Shown piece by piece: positions 41,101 to 50,895 of a stretch of 64,000 bases of DNA. The stretch is from the NCBI GenBank assembly GCA_050012475.1, contig JBEKHC010000004.1, positions 32,001 to 96,000 on the forward strand. Direction: 5' to 3'. Within the stretch, counting starts at the first letter, position 1. Each line of letters starts with the position of its first letter. The notes below the pieces were generated by a model, which was given only the letters and a program-made list of their open reading frames with translations, did not search any database and was not told where the DNA came from. The position numbers were made by a program, and so were the translations under genes. This DNA comes from Candidatus Velthaea sp. (GTDB taxonomy: Bacteria; Vulcanimicrobiota; Vulcanimicrobiia; Vulcanimicrobiales; Vulcanimicrobiaceae).

Positions 41101-42127
41101 CGAAGAGCTTCTCGCTCTGCGCGTTGGCCAGCGTTATCCGGCCGCGCGCGTCGATGAGCAACAGCGCGCTCGGCGCGGCCTCGAAGACGAGGTTGAAGAG
41201 GGAGAGCTCTCCGGCGAGGACCATCGAGCGCGCCCGCCACGACGCCCACGTCGCGAGCAGAGCGAGGAGCACGAAGCTGGCGGAAACCATCGTCTGCAGT
41301 TTGCCGACGTACCAGGGCGTGCTGAAGCGGGCCGGCGCGAGCGCGTTGAGCCCCATGTCGAGCGCCGACGCGACCAGGACGACGACTATCCAGAAATTGA
41401 CCGCTCCGAGCGGGCGCGACGTGCGCAACACAAAACCGCCGGCTGCCAAGTTTACGAGGGCGGCGGCGACCGTCAAATCGCCCCAGAGCGGCAAAAACGA
41501 CGGCCCGCGCACGATCGCTGGAAGCCGGTCGTGCCCGACACTTACCGCGCCAACGGTCAGCGCCGCGACGGCGGCACCCGCCGCGAGCGCGAGTGCGGCT
41601 TCGCCCAACCGCCGCCGCGGGCCGGCGACGGCGTTCGCGCAAACGGCTCCGATGGTGACGGCGACCGGGAACGTGACGTGCCAAGTCAGGAGCAGCCAGG
41701 GAGAGCTTTGCTCCCCGCCGATGAAGCCGCCGGCACCGACCACCCCGGGAAACATGATCGCCCAGGGAACGATCAGCAACGCATTGACAACATAGGCGCT
41801 CCCGGTCGCCAGGTTCAGCCGGTTCCCTTCGTTCCAATACAAGTTCAGGAGCAACGCCGCGGCAAGCACATCGGCGGTGCCGACGACTCCAGCGAAGGCC
41901 GGGACGAACGCCGGCGCCACCGGAAAGCTGCGCTGCCGATCGCATGCTGCGGCCAGCGATGTCACGAACAGCAGTGCAATCATGCCGGCCGACATCCAGC
42001 GCTCGCGCGGCGACGCCGGAATCGCGTTCGCCTCGGCAAAACAAATCGTCTGGGCGAGATCGGGCGAAACGATCGGCTCGCAGCGAGATCGGTTCTCGTT
42101 CACCCAGGGGTCGCAAATTCGCTGCAC
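38135..42127 (-). CDS. Membrane sensor with multiple PAS domains, SpoIIE/PP2C phosphatase and RsbW-like HATPase
   Basis: MASE4-like TM region, repeated WSDE/HPDD PAS units, VGGDWYD, SAGHPPP, LYTDG, ELIGNVVRH, GRGLFLI. Confidence 0.88.
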   Translation of the reverse strand: MQRICDPWVNENRSRCEPIVSPDLAQTICFAEANAIPASPRERWMSAGMIALLFVTSLAAACDRQRSFPVAPAFVPAFAGVVGTADVLAAALLLNLYWNEGNRLNLATGSAYVVNALLIVPWAIMFPGVVGAGGFIGGEQSSPWLLLTWHVTFPVAVTIGAVCANAVAGPRRRLGEAALALAAGAAVAALTVGAVSVGHDRLPAIVRGPSFLPLWGDLTVAAALVNLAAGGFVLRTSRPLGAVNFWIVVVLVASALDMGLNALAPARFSTPWYVGKLQTMVSASFVLLALLATWASWRARSMVLAGELSLFNLVFEAAPSALLLIDARGRITLANAQSEKLFGYPRSELLGTSIGLLVPERFRSGPAARGRHKDAGDIPIEVALNSIQIGGRTLTLAAIADGRERTAAEQERQRSESRMREQNRMLAIAERMTHIGHWRLDLLSNELYWSDETHKIFDVPAAEQPTLAEALAKYHPDDREFVSSGVKRAIATGSAFTHESRIVRPDGTIRHVVSSGQPERTSDGTLVALFGVLHDVTEITASERERTLLLERVTVATRALQIGIWDWDVATADVNWDPLMFKLFGVADTGFVPTLENALAAIHADDRSRVEAAFARTIDSGAQFDTEFRVVWPSGEERTLRAVANVVFDGGGAPTRVVGADWDVTEARVLAEDLRTTAVRDRATAATLSRANMLMKMAEEMAHYGHWRIDLGSNEIYWSDEVYRIVGLPAGYKPTLEEALALYDPNGVDVAAIVRQAAIDGKPFVYEARLLRPDKRFRDVRCTGQAELSAKGDVVALAGIFHDITERKDAERGRDLLTARVARATQTGSVGLWEWAPDTGSMTWLTHMFQLYGLDAAVVPSYELWKSTLHASDRERAVRAFEDALAGLRPFDTEFRVVWPSGEVRSIRAQAICIRNAADEVVRVIGINWDNTNMRSLADEMHAEQERLETIERERLYEHERRWSRTFQRAVLPASLPHIRGCTFDAVYEPGLRDAQVGGDWYDAIRLPDGRILVSIGDVSGSGLQAAVVVGVARQIIRGISQLHADPMLILDAADRALCLEYPGVYVSAWVGLIDLLTKTITYASAGHPPPLLVAKDGTVRELTDPTTMLIGLRQGRRGQANTVTIAHDDAIVLYTDGITEAARDVIAGTTLLTEAAAKLATVKTDHPAAFIKRQVIPDGSSDDVALLVVRIDYQEAEQHVSRWQFDVADGRAASVVRGEFVASLRRLGFAAEARANAELVFGELIGNVVRHARHTTEVDVAISHGGPRTVLHVLDGGGGFNHISRLPRDPYAENGRGLFLIAALTEEFTVSERPDGGSHARAVLMRERT

Positions 42128-42377
42128 CGTGTCGTTGTCCTCAGCGCACCGTTAGGCATGAACATCCAAGCCAAAGGAGCAGCGACGAAGCCGCCTCGAC
42201 CGGACGTCCTAAGAGTGCAGTGCGCACAAGCGTGGAGCATACGCGCGCACCGAGCTCACCCCCGAACCGGGGCCGGAACCCTCGAACGAGGCTCTTCTCG
42301 ACGGCGGATCGCAACCATCCCGCGCTCGCAAGCGATGAACGATTGTTTTACAATGCGGTATTTCACTGCGACGCCGG

Positions 42378-43238
42378 TCAGCGAACGAACGAAACGAAGC
42401 GCTCCAATCCGCTATAGTCTTCGCCGATCTCGATGAACGCCGCCGGGAACATCTGCTCGACGAGCGCGGCGAGCGGTTCGATCGTACCCGGCGCCCCTTC
42501 GAGGAATACCGCGGCGTCGGCGGCAGCAACGGTTTCGAGTTGCCGCAGCAACCGGCGATACAAATCCAGACCGTCGGGACCGCCGTCGAGCGCGATGCGT
42601 GGCTCGAATCCAGCCGGGTTCGGCGCCACCGGAACGTCGCGCGCGGGAATGTACGGCAGGTTTGCCACCACGGCGTCGAGCCGCTCGCCGAAGACCTTCA
42701 GCGGTGCGAGCAGGTCGCCGGCGACGAACGTGCAGCGTTGAAAAACGCCGTTGCGCGCGGCGTTGCGGCGCGCAACGCTCAGCGCAGCGGGCGAGATATC
42801 GGTGGCATATACCGCAAGTTCCGGAAGCTCGCAAGCCAGCGTAATGCCCAGTGCACCGCTGCCCGTACCGATGTCGGCGATGATCCCGGCGGTTTTCCGC
42901 CGCGCGCGCAGATCGTCGATGACGGCTTCGACGACGTGTTCGCTTTCCGGGCGCGGCACGAGGACGCGCTCGTCGACCACGAACGTGCGGCCATAAAACC
43001 CCGCGTCGCCGACGATGTAGGCGACGGGCTCGCCGCGCTCGCGCCGGGCCACGAGTTCCTCGAACCGCGCGCGGCTCGCCGCATCGAGCAGCACGTCCGC
43101 GGTCACGATCAGTCCGGCACGGTCGCGGCCGGTGACGTATTCGAGCAGCCGGCTCGCGTCGAGCGCGCCCGTTTCGCCGACCGGCTGCAAGCGCCGTCCC
43201 GCGCTGCGCAGCGCGTCGCCGACAGTCACCCGCGCCAC
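42378..43238 (-). CDS. prmC: Release factor glutamine methyltransferase
   Basis: GEPVAYI, VLVPRPESE, DIGTGSG, NLPY; follows prfA. Confidence 0.95.
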   Translation of the reverse strand: MARVTVGDALRSAGRRLQPVGETGALDASRLLEYVTGRDRAGLIVTADVLLDAASRARFEELVARRERGEPVAYIVGDAGFYGRTFVVDERVLVPRPESEHVVEAVIDDLRARRKTAGIIADIGTGSGALGITLACELPELAVYATDISPAALSVARRNAARNGVFQRCTFVAGDLLAPLKVFGERLDAVVANLPYIPARDVPVAPNPAGFEPRIALDGGPDGLDLYRRLLRQLETVAAADAAVFLEGAPGTIEPLAALVEQMFPAAFIEIGEDYSGLERFVSFVR

Positions 43239-43252
43239 CCAAACGAATCCAT

Positions 43253-44338
43253 CTAGACGACGCTGAACTCGCCCGCGAGCAGCCGCGCCTTTTCATCGGT
43301 CTGCAGCTCGGTGATCAGCCGCGACATATCGCCGTCGAGAATCGTCCGGATGTTTTGAAAGTTCGCGTTGATGCGATGATCGGTGATCCGGTCTTGCGGG
43401 TAATTGTACGTGCGAATCTTCTCGCTGCGGTCGCCGGTACCGACTTGGCTGCGCCGCAGCGAGCCTTCGGCTTCGTCACGGTCGCGGCGCTGTTTGTCGG
43501 CCAGCTGCGCGCGCAGCATTTGCATCGCGCGTTCGCGGTTCTGCAGTTGCGAACGCTCCTCGCTGCACGACACGATGACGCCGCTGGGAACGTGGGTGAT
43601 GCGAATCGCCGACTCCGTCTTGTTCACGTGCTGGCCGCCGGCGCCCGAGGCTTTGAACGTGTCGATCTGGAGATCTTTGGGATTGATCTCGATCTTCGTT
43701 TCGGCATCGACTTCGGGCAAGACCGCGACGGTCGCCGTGCTGGTGTGAACGCGGCCGGCGGATTCGGTGACCGGTACCCGCTGTACGCGGTGCACGCCCG
43801 ATTCGTATTTGAAGAAGCGGTACGGTTCGTGGTTCTTGACCGCGATGACGACTTCTTTATAACCGCCGGCTTCGTTCTCGTTTTCGGTCAGCAGCTCGAC
43901 TTTCATCCGCCGGCTCTCGGCGAACCGCATGTACATGCGCAGCAGATCGCCGGCGAAGATGCCTGCTTCGTCGCCGCCTGCTCCGGCTCGAATCTCGATG
44001 AAGATGTCCTTGCTGTCGTTGGGGTCGCGCGGGAGCATGAGTTCTTGGAGCTGCTCTTCGAGTTCTTTGCGCCGCGCGCGCAGCAGCTTGGCTTCTTCTT
44101 GCGCCAGTTCGGCGAGTTCGGGATCCGTCCGGTCGCCGCCCAGCTCGTCGTTCGCCGCGATCTCGGCCAAGAGTGCTTTGTAGGCCCGAAACGTCGTGAC
44201 GGTCTCTTCGATTGCCGCGCGTTCCTTGACCAGTGCGGTAAAGCGGTCTTGATCGAACTCCTCGCTGGGGTGAGCGAGCCCGGCTTCGATCTCGTCGAAT
44301 TTCTTGGACAGGGTTTCGAGGCGGTCGGTGAACTGCAT
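43253..44338 (-). CDS. prfA: Peptide chain release factor 1
   Basis: RVQRVPVTE (PxT), GAGGQHVN, IRTYNYPQ. Confidence 0.97.
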   Translation of the reverse strand: MQFTDRLETLSKKFDEIEAGLAHPSEEFDQDRFTALVKERAAIEETVTTFRAYKALLAEIAANDELGGDRTDPELAELAQEEAKLLRARRKELEEQLQELMLPRDPNDSKDIFIEIRAGAGGDEAGIFAGDLLRMYMRFAESRRMKVELLTENENEAGGYKEVVIAVKNHEPYRFFKYESGVHRVQRVPVTESAGRVHTSTATVAVLPEVDAETKIEINPKDLQIDTFKASGAGGQHVNKTESAIRITHVPSGVIVSCSEERSQLQNRERAMQMLRAQLADKQRRDRDEAEGSLRRSQVGTGDRSEKIRTYNYPQDRITDHRINANFQNIRTILDGDMSRLITELQTDEKARLLAGEFSVV

Positions 44339-44363
44339 ACGGACTTTCGCAGAAGCGGCAATG

Positions 44364-44390
44364 AAAAAGCGAGCCGGGACCCGGCTCGCT
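44364..44390 (-). terminator. Intrinsic terminator after rpmE
   Basis: GCGAGCCGG..CCGGCTCGC followed by TTTTT on the minus strand. Confidence 0.8.
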
Positions 44391-44410
44391 CCAGACCAGC
44401 AACCGACTCG

Positions 44411-44686
44411 CTAGACGGCGGCGGCAGCCGCCTCGTCGGCGTCTTTTTTCTGTTTGCGGGCCTTCGCCTCGGCCTTCTTCTTGTCGGCCAGCGCGACGCG
44501 CTGATTGAATTTGTCGACCCGTCCGGCGGTGTCGATGAACTTCTGTTGCCCGGTGAAGAGCGGGTGGCACGCCGAGCAGATTTCGACCGAGATCGTCGGC
44601 AGCGTCGATCCGGTCGTGAACGTCGATCCGCAAGCGCAGCTGACCTTGGCCTCCGGATACCATTTGGGATGAATCTTGTTTTTCAC
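44411..44686 (-). CDS. rpmE: 50S ribosomal protein L31 (Zn-binding type)
   Basis: [29 protein letters not shown] 44686. Confidence 0.96.
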   Translation of the reverse strand: MKNKIHPKWYPEAKVSCACGSTFTTGSTLPTISVEICSACHPLFTGQQKFIDTAGRVDKFNQRVALADKKKAEAKARKQKKDADEAAAAAV

Positions 44687-44822
44687 AGCTCTCCGATTGT
44701 AGCACACGGCGCAACCGCGCCCGGACGGGGCCATTTTTCGCAGCGGCGGTGAGGGATCGGCGGGAGTGAACGTTACCTCCGATGTTGTATTTTCTCCGGT
44801 CACCTCAATTCTAGGAGTCGAT

Positions 44823-45506
44823 TTGAACCTTCGCACGATGGCGTTTGCGGCGGTTGCCCTGACCGCCCTTGGCATGAGCGCCGTCTCGGTCGCGCAGACC
44901 GGGCCGGGGACGCCGCCCCCGCCGCCGGTGCCCGGCGCGACCTCGAGCCCGCTCGTCTCCAGCTCCGCCGTGCCCACGGCGCTGCCGTCGAGCGAGCCCG
45001 CGCCCGTCTCGCCCGTCATGACGCCGACGCCGCCGCCGGGGCCGCTGGCTTCACCGGGCGACCAGCCGTCCGAGTCGCCGTCGCCCGAAGGCCGCCGCCG
45101 CGGGCACCGGGGCGGCGGGGAGGCGGCTTCGCCCGGGCCCAGCCCGACCGATACGCCCGAACCGCCCCAGTTCTCGACCCTCGACGGCGTCTGGGAGGTC
45201 GCGCTCCAGCCGCTGAGCGGAGGCCGCGCCGTCTACTCACACCTGTACATCACCCAGGCGGGGAACACCATCACGGGCACCTGGCGGCGCGATTCGAAAA
45301 CCGTGCTGCCGATTACGGGCACCTTCGACGGCCGGCTGTTCAAGATCACGGCCACGGACGGAACGGCGACCCAACTGCTCAGCGGTTACGAGGAGAACTA
45401 CAGCGACATGGTCGGCTTGATCACCGATGGCGACTCCGCGCATGCGGGAACTCCGTTCACCGCCGCCCACCGCAAACGCGAGCACGATAAGACCATCGTC
45501 CGGTAG
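44823..45506 (+). CDS. Pro-rich exported hypothetical protein
   Basis: AGGAG plus TTG, signal peptide, Pro/Ser linker, beta domain. Confidence 0.7.
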   Translation: MNLRTMAFAAVALTALGMSAVSVAQTGPGTPPPPPVPGATSSPLVSSSAVPTALPSSEPAPVSPVMTPTPPPGPLASPGDQPSESPSPEGRRRGHRGGGEAASPGPSPTDTPEPPQFSTLDGVWEVALQPLSGGRAVYSHLYITQAGNTITGTWRRDSKTVLPITGTFDGRLFKITATDGTATQLLSGYEENYSDMVGLITDGDSAHAGTPFTAAHRKREHDKTIVR

Positions 45507-45512
45507 CAACCG

Positions 45513-46823
45513 ATGGCCAGCCAAGACAGAGCGTTCGGCTTTCGAACGCGCGCGCTGCACGCGGGGACGCCGCCCGATCCGCAAACCGGCGCGCGCGCCC
45601 AGCCGATCTATCTCTCAACGAGCTTCGTGTTCGACTCGACCGAACACGCCGCCGAACTGTTTGCGCTGCGCACGTACGGCAACATTTACTCGCGCATCGG
45701 GAATCCGACCGTCGCCGCGTTCGAAGAAAAGATGGCCAGCCTCGAAGGCGGCTTGGGCGGCGTCGCGACGGCTTCGGGGCTGGCCGCGCAGCTGACCGCG
45801 ATCCTCGTGCTGGCGCAAGCCGGCGATCATCTCGTCGCGACGGCGAATTTGTACGGCGGCACGATCACCCAATTTTCGGTCACGCTCAAGCGAATGGGCA
45901 TCGAGGTTTCGTTCGTCGCGCCGGGTGACCTCGACGCGCTCGCCGGCGCGATCGGGCCGAACACCAAGGCCGTGTACACCGAGACGATCGGCAACCCGGC
46001 CGGTAATGTGGCCGACCTCGAAGCGCTCGCAGCGCTCGCGCATGCCCACGGTCTACCGCTGCTCGTCGACAACACGTTCGCCTCGCCGTTTTTGTGCCGG
46101 CCGATCGAGTGGGGCGCCGACGTCGTCGTCAACTCCGCGACGAAATTCATCGGCGGTCACGGCACCGCCATCGGCGGGATCATCGTCGAATCGGGAACCT
46201 TCCCGTGGGGCGCGGGAAAGCATCCGCTGCTCTCGACGCCCAGCCCCGGGTATCACGACATGAATTTCGCCGAAACGTTCGGCGAGTTCGCCTATCTGAT
46301 GCGCGCGCGCGTCGAAATCTTGCGTGACGTCGGGGCGTGCCTTTCACCGATGAACGCGTTCTTGTTCATACAAGGCCTCGAAACGCTGCCGCTGCGCATG
46401 CCCGCGCACGTCCAAAACGCGCGCACCGTCGCCGAGTTTCTGCAGACGCGTGACGAAGTTGCCTGGGTGGCCTATGCCGGACTGCCCACGGATCCGTCGT
46501 ATGCGTTGGCGCGCAAGTATCTGCCCGAGGGAGCCGGGTCGGTGTTCAGCTTCGGCTTGCGCGGCGGCCGCGAAGCGGGCAGCGTCTTCATCGAATCACT
46601 CGAGTTGTGGTCGCACTTAGCCAACGTCGGCGACGCCAAGAGTTTGGTCATCCATCCCGCGTCGACCACGCATCAGCAGCTCTCCGACGCCGAGATGAGC
46701 GCGTCGGGCGTGCGCCCGGAGATGATTCGCGTTTCGGTCGGACTCGAAGACGCGGCCGACTTGATTTGGGATCTCGACCGTGCGCTGCAGCGCGCGGCAG
46801 CCGCCGTGAAGGTTCGTGCGTGA
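45513..46823 (+). CDS. metY: O-acetylhomoserine aminocarboxypropyltransferase/sulfhydrylase
   Basis: YSRIGNPT, VDNTFA, SATKFIGGHG, LANVGDAKSL. Confidence 0.93.
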   Translation: MASQDRAFGFRTRALHAGTPPDPQTGARAQPIYLSTSFVFDSTEHAAELFALRTYGNIYSRIGNPTVAAFEEKMASLEGGLGGVATASGLAAQLTAILVLAQAGDHLVATANLYGGTITQFSVTLKRMGIEVSFVAPGDLDALAGAIGPNTKAVYTETIGNPAGNVADLEALAALAHAHGLPLLVDNTFASPFLCRPIEWGADVVVNSATKFIGGHGTAIGGIIVESGTFPWGAGKHPLLSTPSPGYHDMNFAETFGEFAYLMRARVEILRDVGACLSPMNAFLFIQGLETLPLRMPAHVQNARTVAEFLQTRDEVAWVAYAGLPTDPSYALARKYLPEGAGSVFSFGLRGGREAGSVFIESLELWSHLANVGDAKSLVIHPASTTHQQLSDAEMSASGVRPEMIRVSVGLEDAADLIWDLDRALQRAAAAVKVRA

Positions 46824-47299
46824 TACTCACGACGGTTGCCGAACGCCGTTCGCTGCTCGCCCGCGCGACGACCGTGGCGCTCGTCGGCGCGTCGAACAAT
46901 CCGGTGCGGCCCAGCTATTTCGTCTTCAGCTATCTGCGCACGAAGGGCACGTTTCGAATCGCGCCGATCAATCCGACGATCGCTGCGATCGACGGCGTGC
47001 GCGCCTATCCGTCGCTGGCGGCCTACGCTGCCGAAAACGGACCGCCCGACATCGTCGACGTCTTCCGCAAGCCGGCCGAGGCGCTCGCGGTCGCGCGCGA
47101 AGCGATCGATGCCGGCGCCAAGGCGATCTGGTTTCAATACGGCGTCATCAACGATGCTGCGATCGCGCTGGCCGATCGTGCCGGTCTCGACGTCGTCGTC
47201 GACCGCTGCATCAAAGTCGAATCGGCGCGCTTCGACGGCGGGTTGGCGATCGGCGGACTCAATAGCGGTCTGATCACCTCGCGTCGCCGTCCGGGCTGA
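46820..47299 (+). CDS. CoA-binding protein (YccU/YneT-like)
   Basis: VGASNNPVRPS, DIVDVFR, WFQYG, VVDRCIKVE. Confidence 0.9.
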   Translation: MILTTVAERRSLLARATTVALVGASNNPVRPSYFVFSYLRTKGTFRIAPINPTIAAIDGVRAYPSLAAYAAENGPPDIVDVFRKPAEALAVAREAIDAGAKAIWFQYGVINDAAIALADRAGLDVVVDRCIKVESARFDGGLAIGGLNSGLITSRRRPG

Positions 47300-48384
47300 T
47301 GGAGCGCGCGGAAGCGGCCGCGCTCGACGCACGCATCCTGGCGGCGATCGCGGCGTATGCGCTCGATGCGCGCGCATTCGATGAACTCGCGTGCGATATC
47401 TTTGCCTACCAACTGCGCTGGAATGCGCCCTATGCGGCCTTCGCGCATAGCCGCGGGATATCGCTGCAGCGCCTGCCGCGAACGGCCGCCGAGATTCCCG
47501 CCGTTCCAGCCGCGGCGTTCAAAGAAGCCGTGCTGAGCACCGTCGAGCCCGCCGCAGCAGCGCTGTGGTTCGAGACCAGCGGGACGACCGCGGCCCATGC
47601 CGGACGGCACTATTTGGCGACCCCGGCACTTTACGAGGCTGCGCTCATCGCCGGTTTCGACCGGGCGATGCTCGCCGACGGCGCGCGTTTACGGTACCTG
47701 CTGCTCGTGCCCGACGCGCGCCGCGCGCCGCATTCGTCGCTGGGCTTCATGCTCGACCGCATCGCGGCGGCACGCGGCGACGGGCGCGACGGGCGCTTCG
47801 TCGACGGCGACCGCTTCGACGCCGCCGGATTCGTGCGCGCGCTCGAGGGCGCGGTCGCCGACGACGTTCCGGTGTGCATCGCAACGACCGCCTTTGCGCT
47901 CGTTGCCGCGCTGGTCGAACTCGACGCGCGCGGCCGGCGGTTCGTGCTGCCGCGGGGCTCGCGCATGATGGAAACGGGCGGCTTCAAAGGCCGTGCCCGC
48001 GTCGTCGAGCGCGCCGAACTGTACGCCGCGGCCAGCGAGCGCTTCGGACTGCCGGTCGAGGCGATCGTCGCCGAATACGGCATGACCGAACTCTCCAGTC
48101 AGTATTACGATTCGCTCGAAAGCCGCAGCGGGCCGCAACGTTATAAAGCCGGGCCGCCGTGGCTGCGGCCGCTCGTCGTCGATCCGCACGGCGCCCCGGT
48201 CGCGCCCGGCATCGTCGGCGCGATCCGTCACATCGACTGCGCCAACCGCTCTTCGGTCGTCGCGATCGACACGGAAGATCTAGGCGCGCTCACCCCGTCC
48301 GGACTCGTGCTGCTGGGGCGCGAACGCGGCGCCGAGCTGCGCGGCTGTTCGCTCGATGCCGAAGACCTCGCTGCGCGCGCTTAG
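47299..48384 (+). CDS. LuxE-like acyl-protein synthetase
   Basis: FETSGTT, METGGFKGR, EYGMTELSSQ, TEDLG, C-terminal GR..RGCS. Confidence 0.82.
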   Translation: MERAEAAALDARILAAIAAYALDARAFDELACDIFAYQLRWNAPYAAFAHSRGISLQRLPRTAAEIPAVPAAAFKEAVLSTVEPAAAALWFETSGTTAAHAGRHYLATPALYEAALIAGFDRAMLADGARLRYLLLVPDARRAPHSSLGFMLDRIAAARGDGRDGRFVDGDRFDAAGFVRALEGAVADDVPVCIATTAFALVAALVELDARGRRFVLPRGSRMMETGGFKGRARVVERAELYAAASERFGLPVEAIVAEYGMTELSSQYYDSLESRSGPQRYKAGPPWLRPLVVDPHGAPVAPGIVGAIRHIDCANRSSVVAIDTEDLGALTPSGLVLLGRERGAELRGCSLDAEDLAARA

Positions 48385-49588
48385 CGCCGTCGCGATCGTC
48401 GCCGCGGTTGCCGCCGCCGCCGAACGCTGGAGCAACGCCGACTTCCCGCCGCGCGTGCGCGCAACGGCGGCGATCGAAGCGCGCCTGGGATACAGCACGC
48501 CGGTCGTCGAGTACGCCCTCGACCGGCTCTTCTTCTCGCTGCGGACCGACGCGCTCGCAGCGGCGATCGCGCACGAACTAGGAACGCTCGCCGCGCTCGA
48601 CGGCCCTGTCGAACGCGCCGGCCGTCCGGCGGGGTACGCGCGCGGCGTCGACCGCGTGGTCGTCGTGGCCAGCGATACGACGATCGGCGTTGCGCTGCTG
48701 CCCGCCGTGTACGCGCTGGCCGCAAAATGCACGGTGGTGGTCAAGGATCGCAGCGACGCGCTGGTGAGCGCGTTCTTCGCTTCGCTGGTCGAAGAACGGC
48801 CCGAGTTCGCGGCCGCGGCGACAGCCCAAAGCTGGACCGGCGGCGACGATCCGCGCGAAGTCGAGCTGCTGGGCGCCGCCGACGTCGTCGTGGCCTTCGG
48901 CAGCGACGCGGCGCTGCGCGCGATCCGTTCGCACGTGCGGCCGGACGCGCGGTTCGTCGGGTTCGGCCACCGCGCAAGCATCGGCTACATCGATGCCGAG
49001 CGCATCCCCGCGCGTTCGCGCGAAACGCTGCTCGAGGGCATCGCCGCCGATGCGTTGCTGTACGACGGCGACGGCTGTCTTTCGCTCCACGCGCTGTTCG
49101 TCGGCGGCGAAGCCGCGGCAAGCGCGGCTTTGGCCGTCGAACTCGCCGCCGCGTTCGAGCGCGTTTCCGTCGAATTTCCCGCCGGGAGCAGCGACCCGCA
49201 ACGCGCGGCAGCGGCAGCCGCGTACCGCAACCTGAGCGCGTTTCGCGCAGCCGGCGGACACGGCGCGGTCTACGCTCCGGCCCACGAAAGCGCGACGATC
49301 GCCTTCGACCCGCCGCGCGACGAACCGCCGCCGTTCTTGCCGCGCGTGCTGCCGGTTTTCCCCGTCCGCGAACCGGCCGAGGCCGTCGAGTATATCCGCC
49401 GGCACCGTTTGCCGGTCGAGGCGTTGGGCGTCAGCGACCCCAACACACCCGAAGCGCTGACGCTGGCCGTCGCGATCGGCGCCGTTCGGGTGGCGCGGCT
49501 GGGCGAGATGCAGGCGCCGCCGGCCGGCGGCCATCACGGCGGCGCACCGCGCATCGCCGACTTCGTGCGCTGGATCGATCGCGATTGA
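48356..49588 (+). CDS. LuxC-like acyl-CoA/acyl-protein reductase
   Basis: VVAFGSD, FGHRASIG, DALLYDGDGCLS putative catalytic Cys, RVARLGEMQ. Confidence 0.8.
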   Translation: MPKTSLRALSAVAIVAAVAAAAERWSNADFPPRVRATAAIEARLGYSTPVVEYALDRLFFSLRTDALAAAIAHELGTLAALDGPVERAGRPAGYARGVDRVVVVASDTTIGVALLPAVYALAAKCTVVVKDRSDALVSAFFASLVEERPEFAAAATAQSWTGGDDPREVELLGAADVVVAFGSDAALRAIRSHVRPDARFVGFGHRASIGYIDAERIPARSRETLLEGIAADALLYDGDGCLSLHALFVGGEAAASAALAVELAAAFERVSVEFPAGSSDPQRAAAAAAYRNLSAFRAAGGHGAVYAPAHESATIAFDPPRDEPPPFLPRVLPVFPVREPAEAVEYIRRHRLPVEALGVSDPNTPEALTLAVAIGAVRVARLGEMQAPPAGGHHGGAPRIADFVRWIDRD

Positions 49589-50895
49589 GCGCCGCTGAGC
49601 AACGCTTCGAGCGCATCGTCACTGCCGTTCCGGGTCCGCGCTCGCAGGCGTTGCGCGCCCGGCTCGCGCGCTTCGAGCCCCCGGGCGTCACCTATCTGGG
49701 CGACGCCTATCCGGTGTTTTGGACGAGCGCGGACGGCGCGCTCGTCTGCGACGTCGACGGCAACCGCTACCTCGATCTCACCGCGGCATTCGGCGTGGCG
49801 AACGTGGGACACACCAACGCTCGGGTCGCCGCCGCGATCGGCGCACAAGCGCAGCAACTCATTCATGCTATGGGCGACGTCCATCCCAGCGACGTGAAAA
49901 CGCTGCTGCTCGAACGGCTGGCCGAACTCGCGCCCGGCGATTTGCAAAAGACGTACCTCACGACCGGCGGCGCGGAAGCAATCGAGTTCGCCCTCAAAAC
50001 GGCGCTGCTCGCCACCGGAAAATCGCGCTTCATCGCGTACCGCGGCGCGTATCACGGCCTGTCGCTGGGCGCGCTCGAAGTCGCCGGCATCCCGAAGTTC
50101 CGCACGCCGTTCGCGAGCTTGATCGGCGACCGTACAACTTGGCTGCGCTTCCCCGAGACGGCAGCCGACCTGGACGGCGCACTAACCGCAGCACGAACGA
50201 CGCTCGAAAACGATCCGCAAACCGCCGCGATCGTCGTCGAGCCGATCCAAGGCCGCGGCGGAGTGATCGTTCCGCCGTGCGGTTTCCTCGCCGGGTTGCG
50301 CAGCCTGTGCGATGCTCGCGGCGTCTTGCTGGTGTTCGACGAGATTTATACCGGCTTCGGCCGCACCGGAACGATGTTCGCCTGCGAACGCGAAGGCGTG
50401 GTCCCCGACTTGCTCTGCATGGGCAAAGCCTTGGCCGGCGGCGTTCCGCTTGCGGCCACCATCGGCCGCGCGGCGGTGATGGATGCGTGGCCCAAAAGCA
50501 CCGGCGAAGCGCTGCACACGGCTACCTTCGCCGGCAATCCCCTTGCCTGTGCTGCCGCACTCGCAACCATCGACGAACTCGTTCGGCTCGACCTCGTCGC
50601 TCGCGTCCGGGCGCGCGCCGCGGCGTTCGCGCAGCGTCTGCAGCACTTCTTGAGTCATCATCCCGGCGTTGTAGCCGTTCGCGGCACCGGCTATCTGCAC
50701 GCCGTAGAGTTCGCAACGCCCGGCATCGCGAACAAGATCGTCGTCGAGGCACTCGCACGAGGAGTCATCGTTTTGCAATCCGGCCCAACCGGCACGTCGA
50801 TCACGTTCGCACCGCCGTTGGTCATCGGCGACGATCAGCTCGCGCGCGCACTCGACATCGTCGAATCGTGCGTACCGAGCGGAGGTTCGGCATGA
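49585..50895 (+). CDS. Class III PLP aminotransferase
   Basis: DVDGNRYLD, GAEAIE, YHG, EPIQGRGG, DEIYTGFGRTG, GKALAGG; TTGA overlap. Confidence 0.92.
   Translation: MSAAEQRFERIVTAVPGPRSQALRARLARFEPPGVTYLGDAYPVFWTSADGALVCDVDGNRYLDLTAAFGVANVGHTNARVAAAIGAQAQQLIHAMGDVHPSDVKTLLLERLAELAPGDLQKTYLTTGGAEAIEFALKTALLATGKSRFIAYRGAYHGLSLGALEVAGIPKFRTPFASLIGDRTTWLRFPETAADLDGALTAARTTLENDPQTAAIVVEPIQGRGGVIVPPCGFLAGLRSLCDARGVLLVFDEIYTGFGRTGTMFACEREGVVPDLLCMGKALAGGVPLAATIGRAAVMDAWPKSTGEALHTATFAGNPLACAAALATIDELVRLDLVARVRARAAAFAQRLQHFLSHHPGVVAVRGTGYLHAVEFATPGIANKIVVEALARGVIVLQSGPTGTSITFAPPLVIGDDQLARALDIVESCVPSGGSA

Noticed and set aside
47299..49588. Bioluminescence operon
   Set aside because: No luxA, luxB, luxD or luxG in the window
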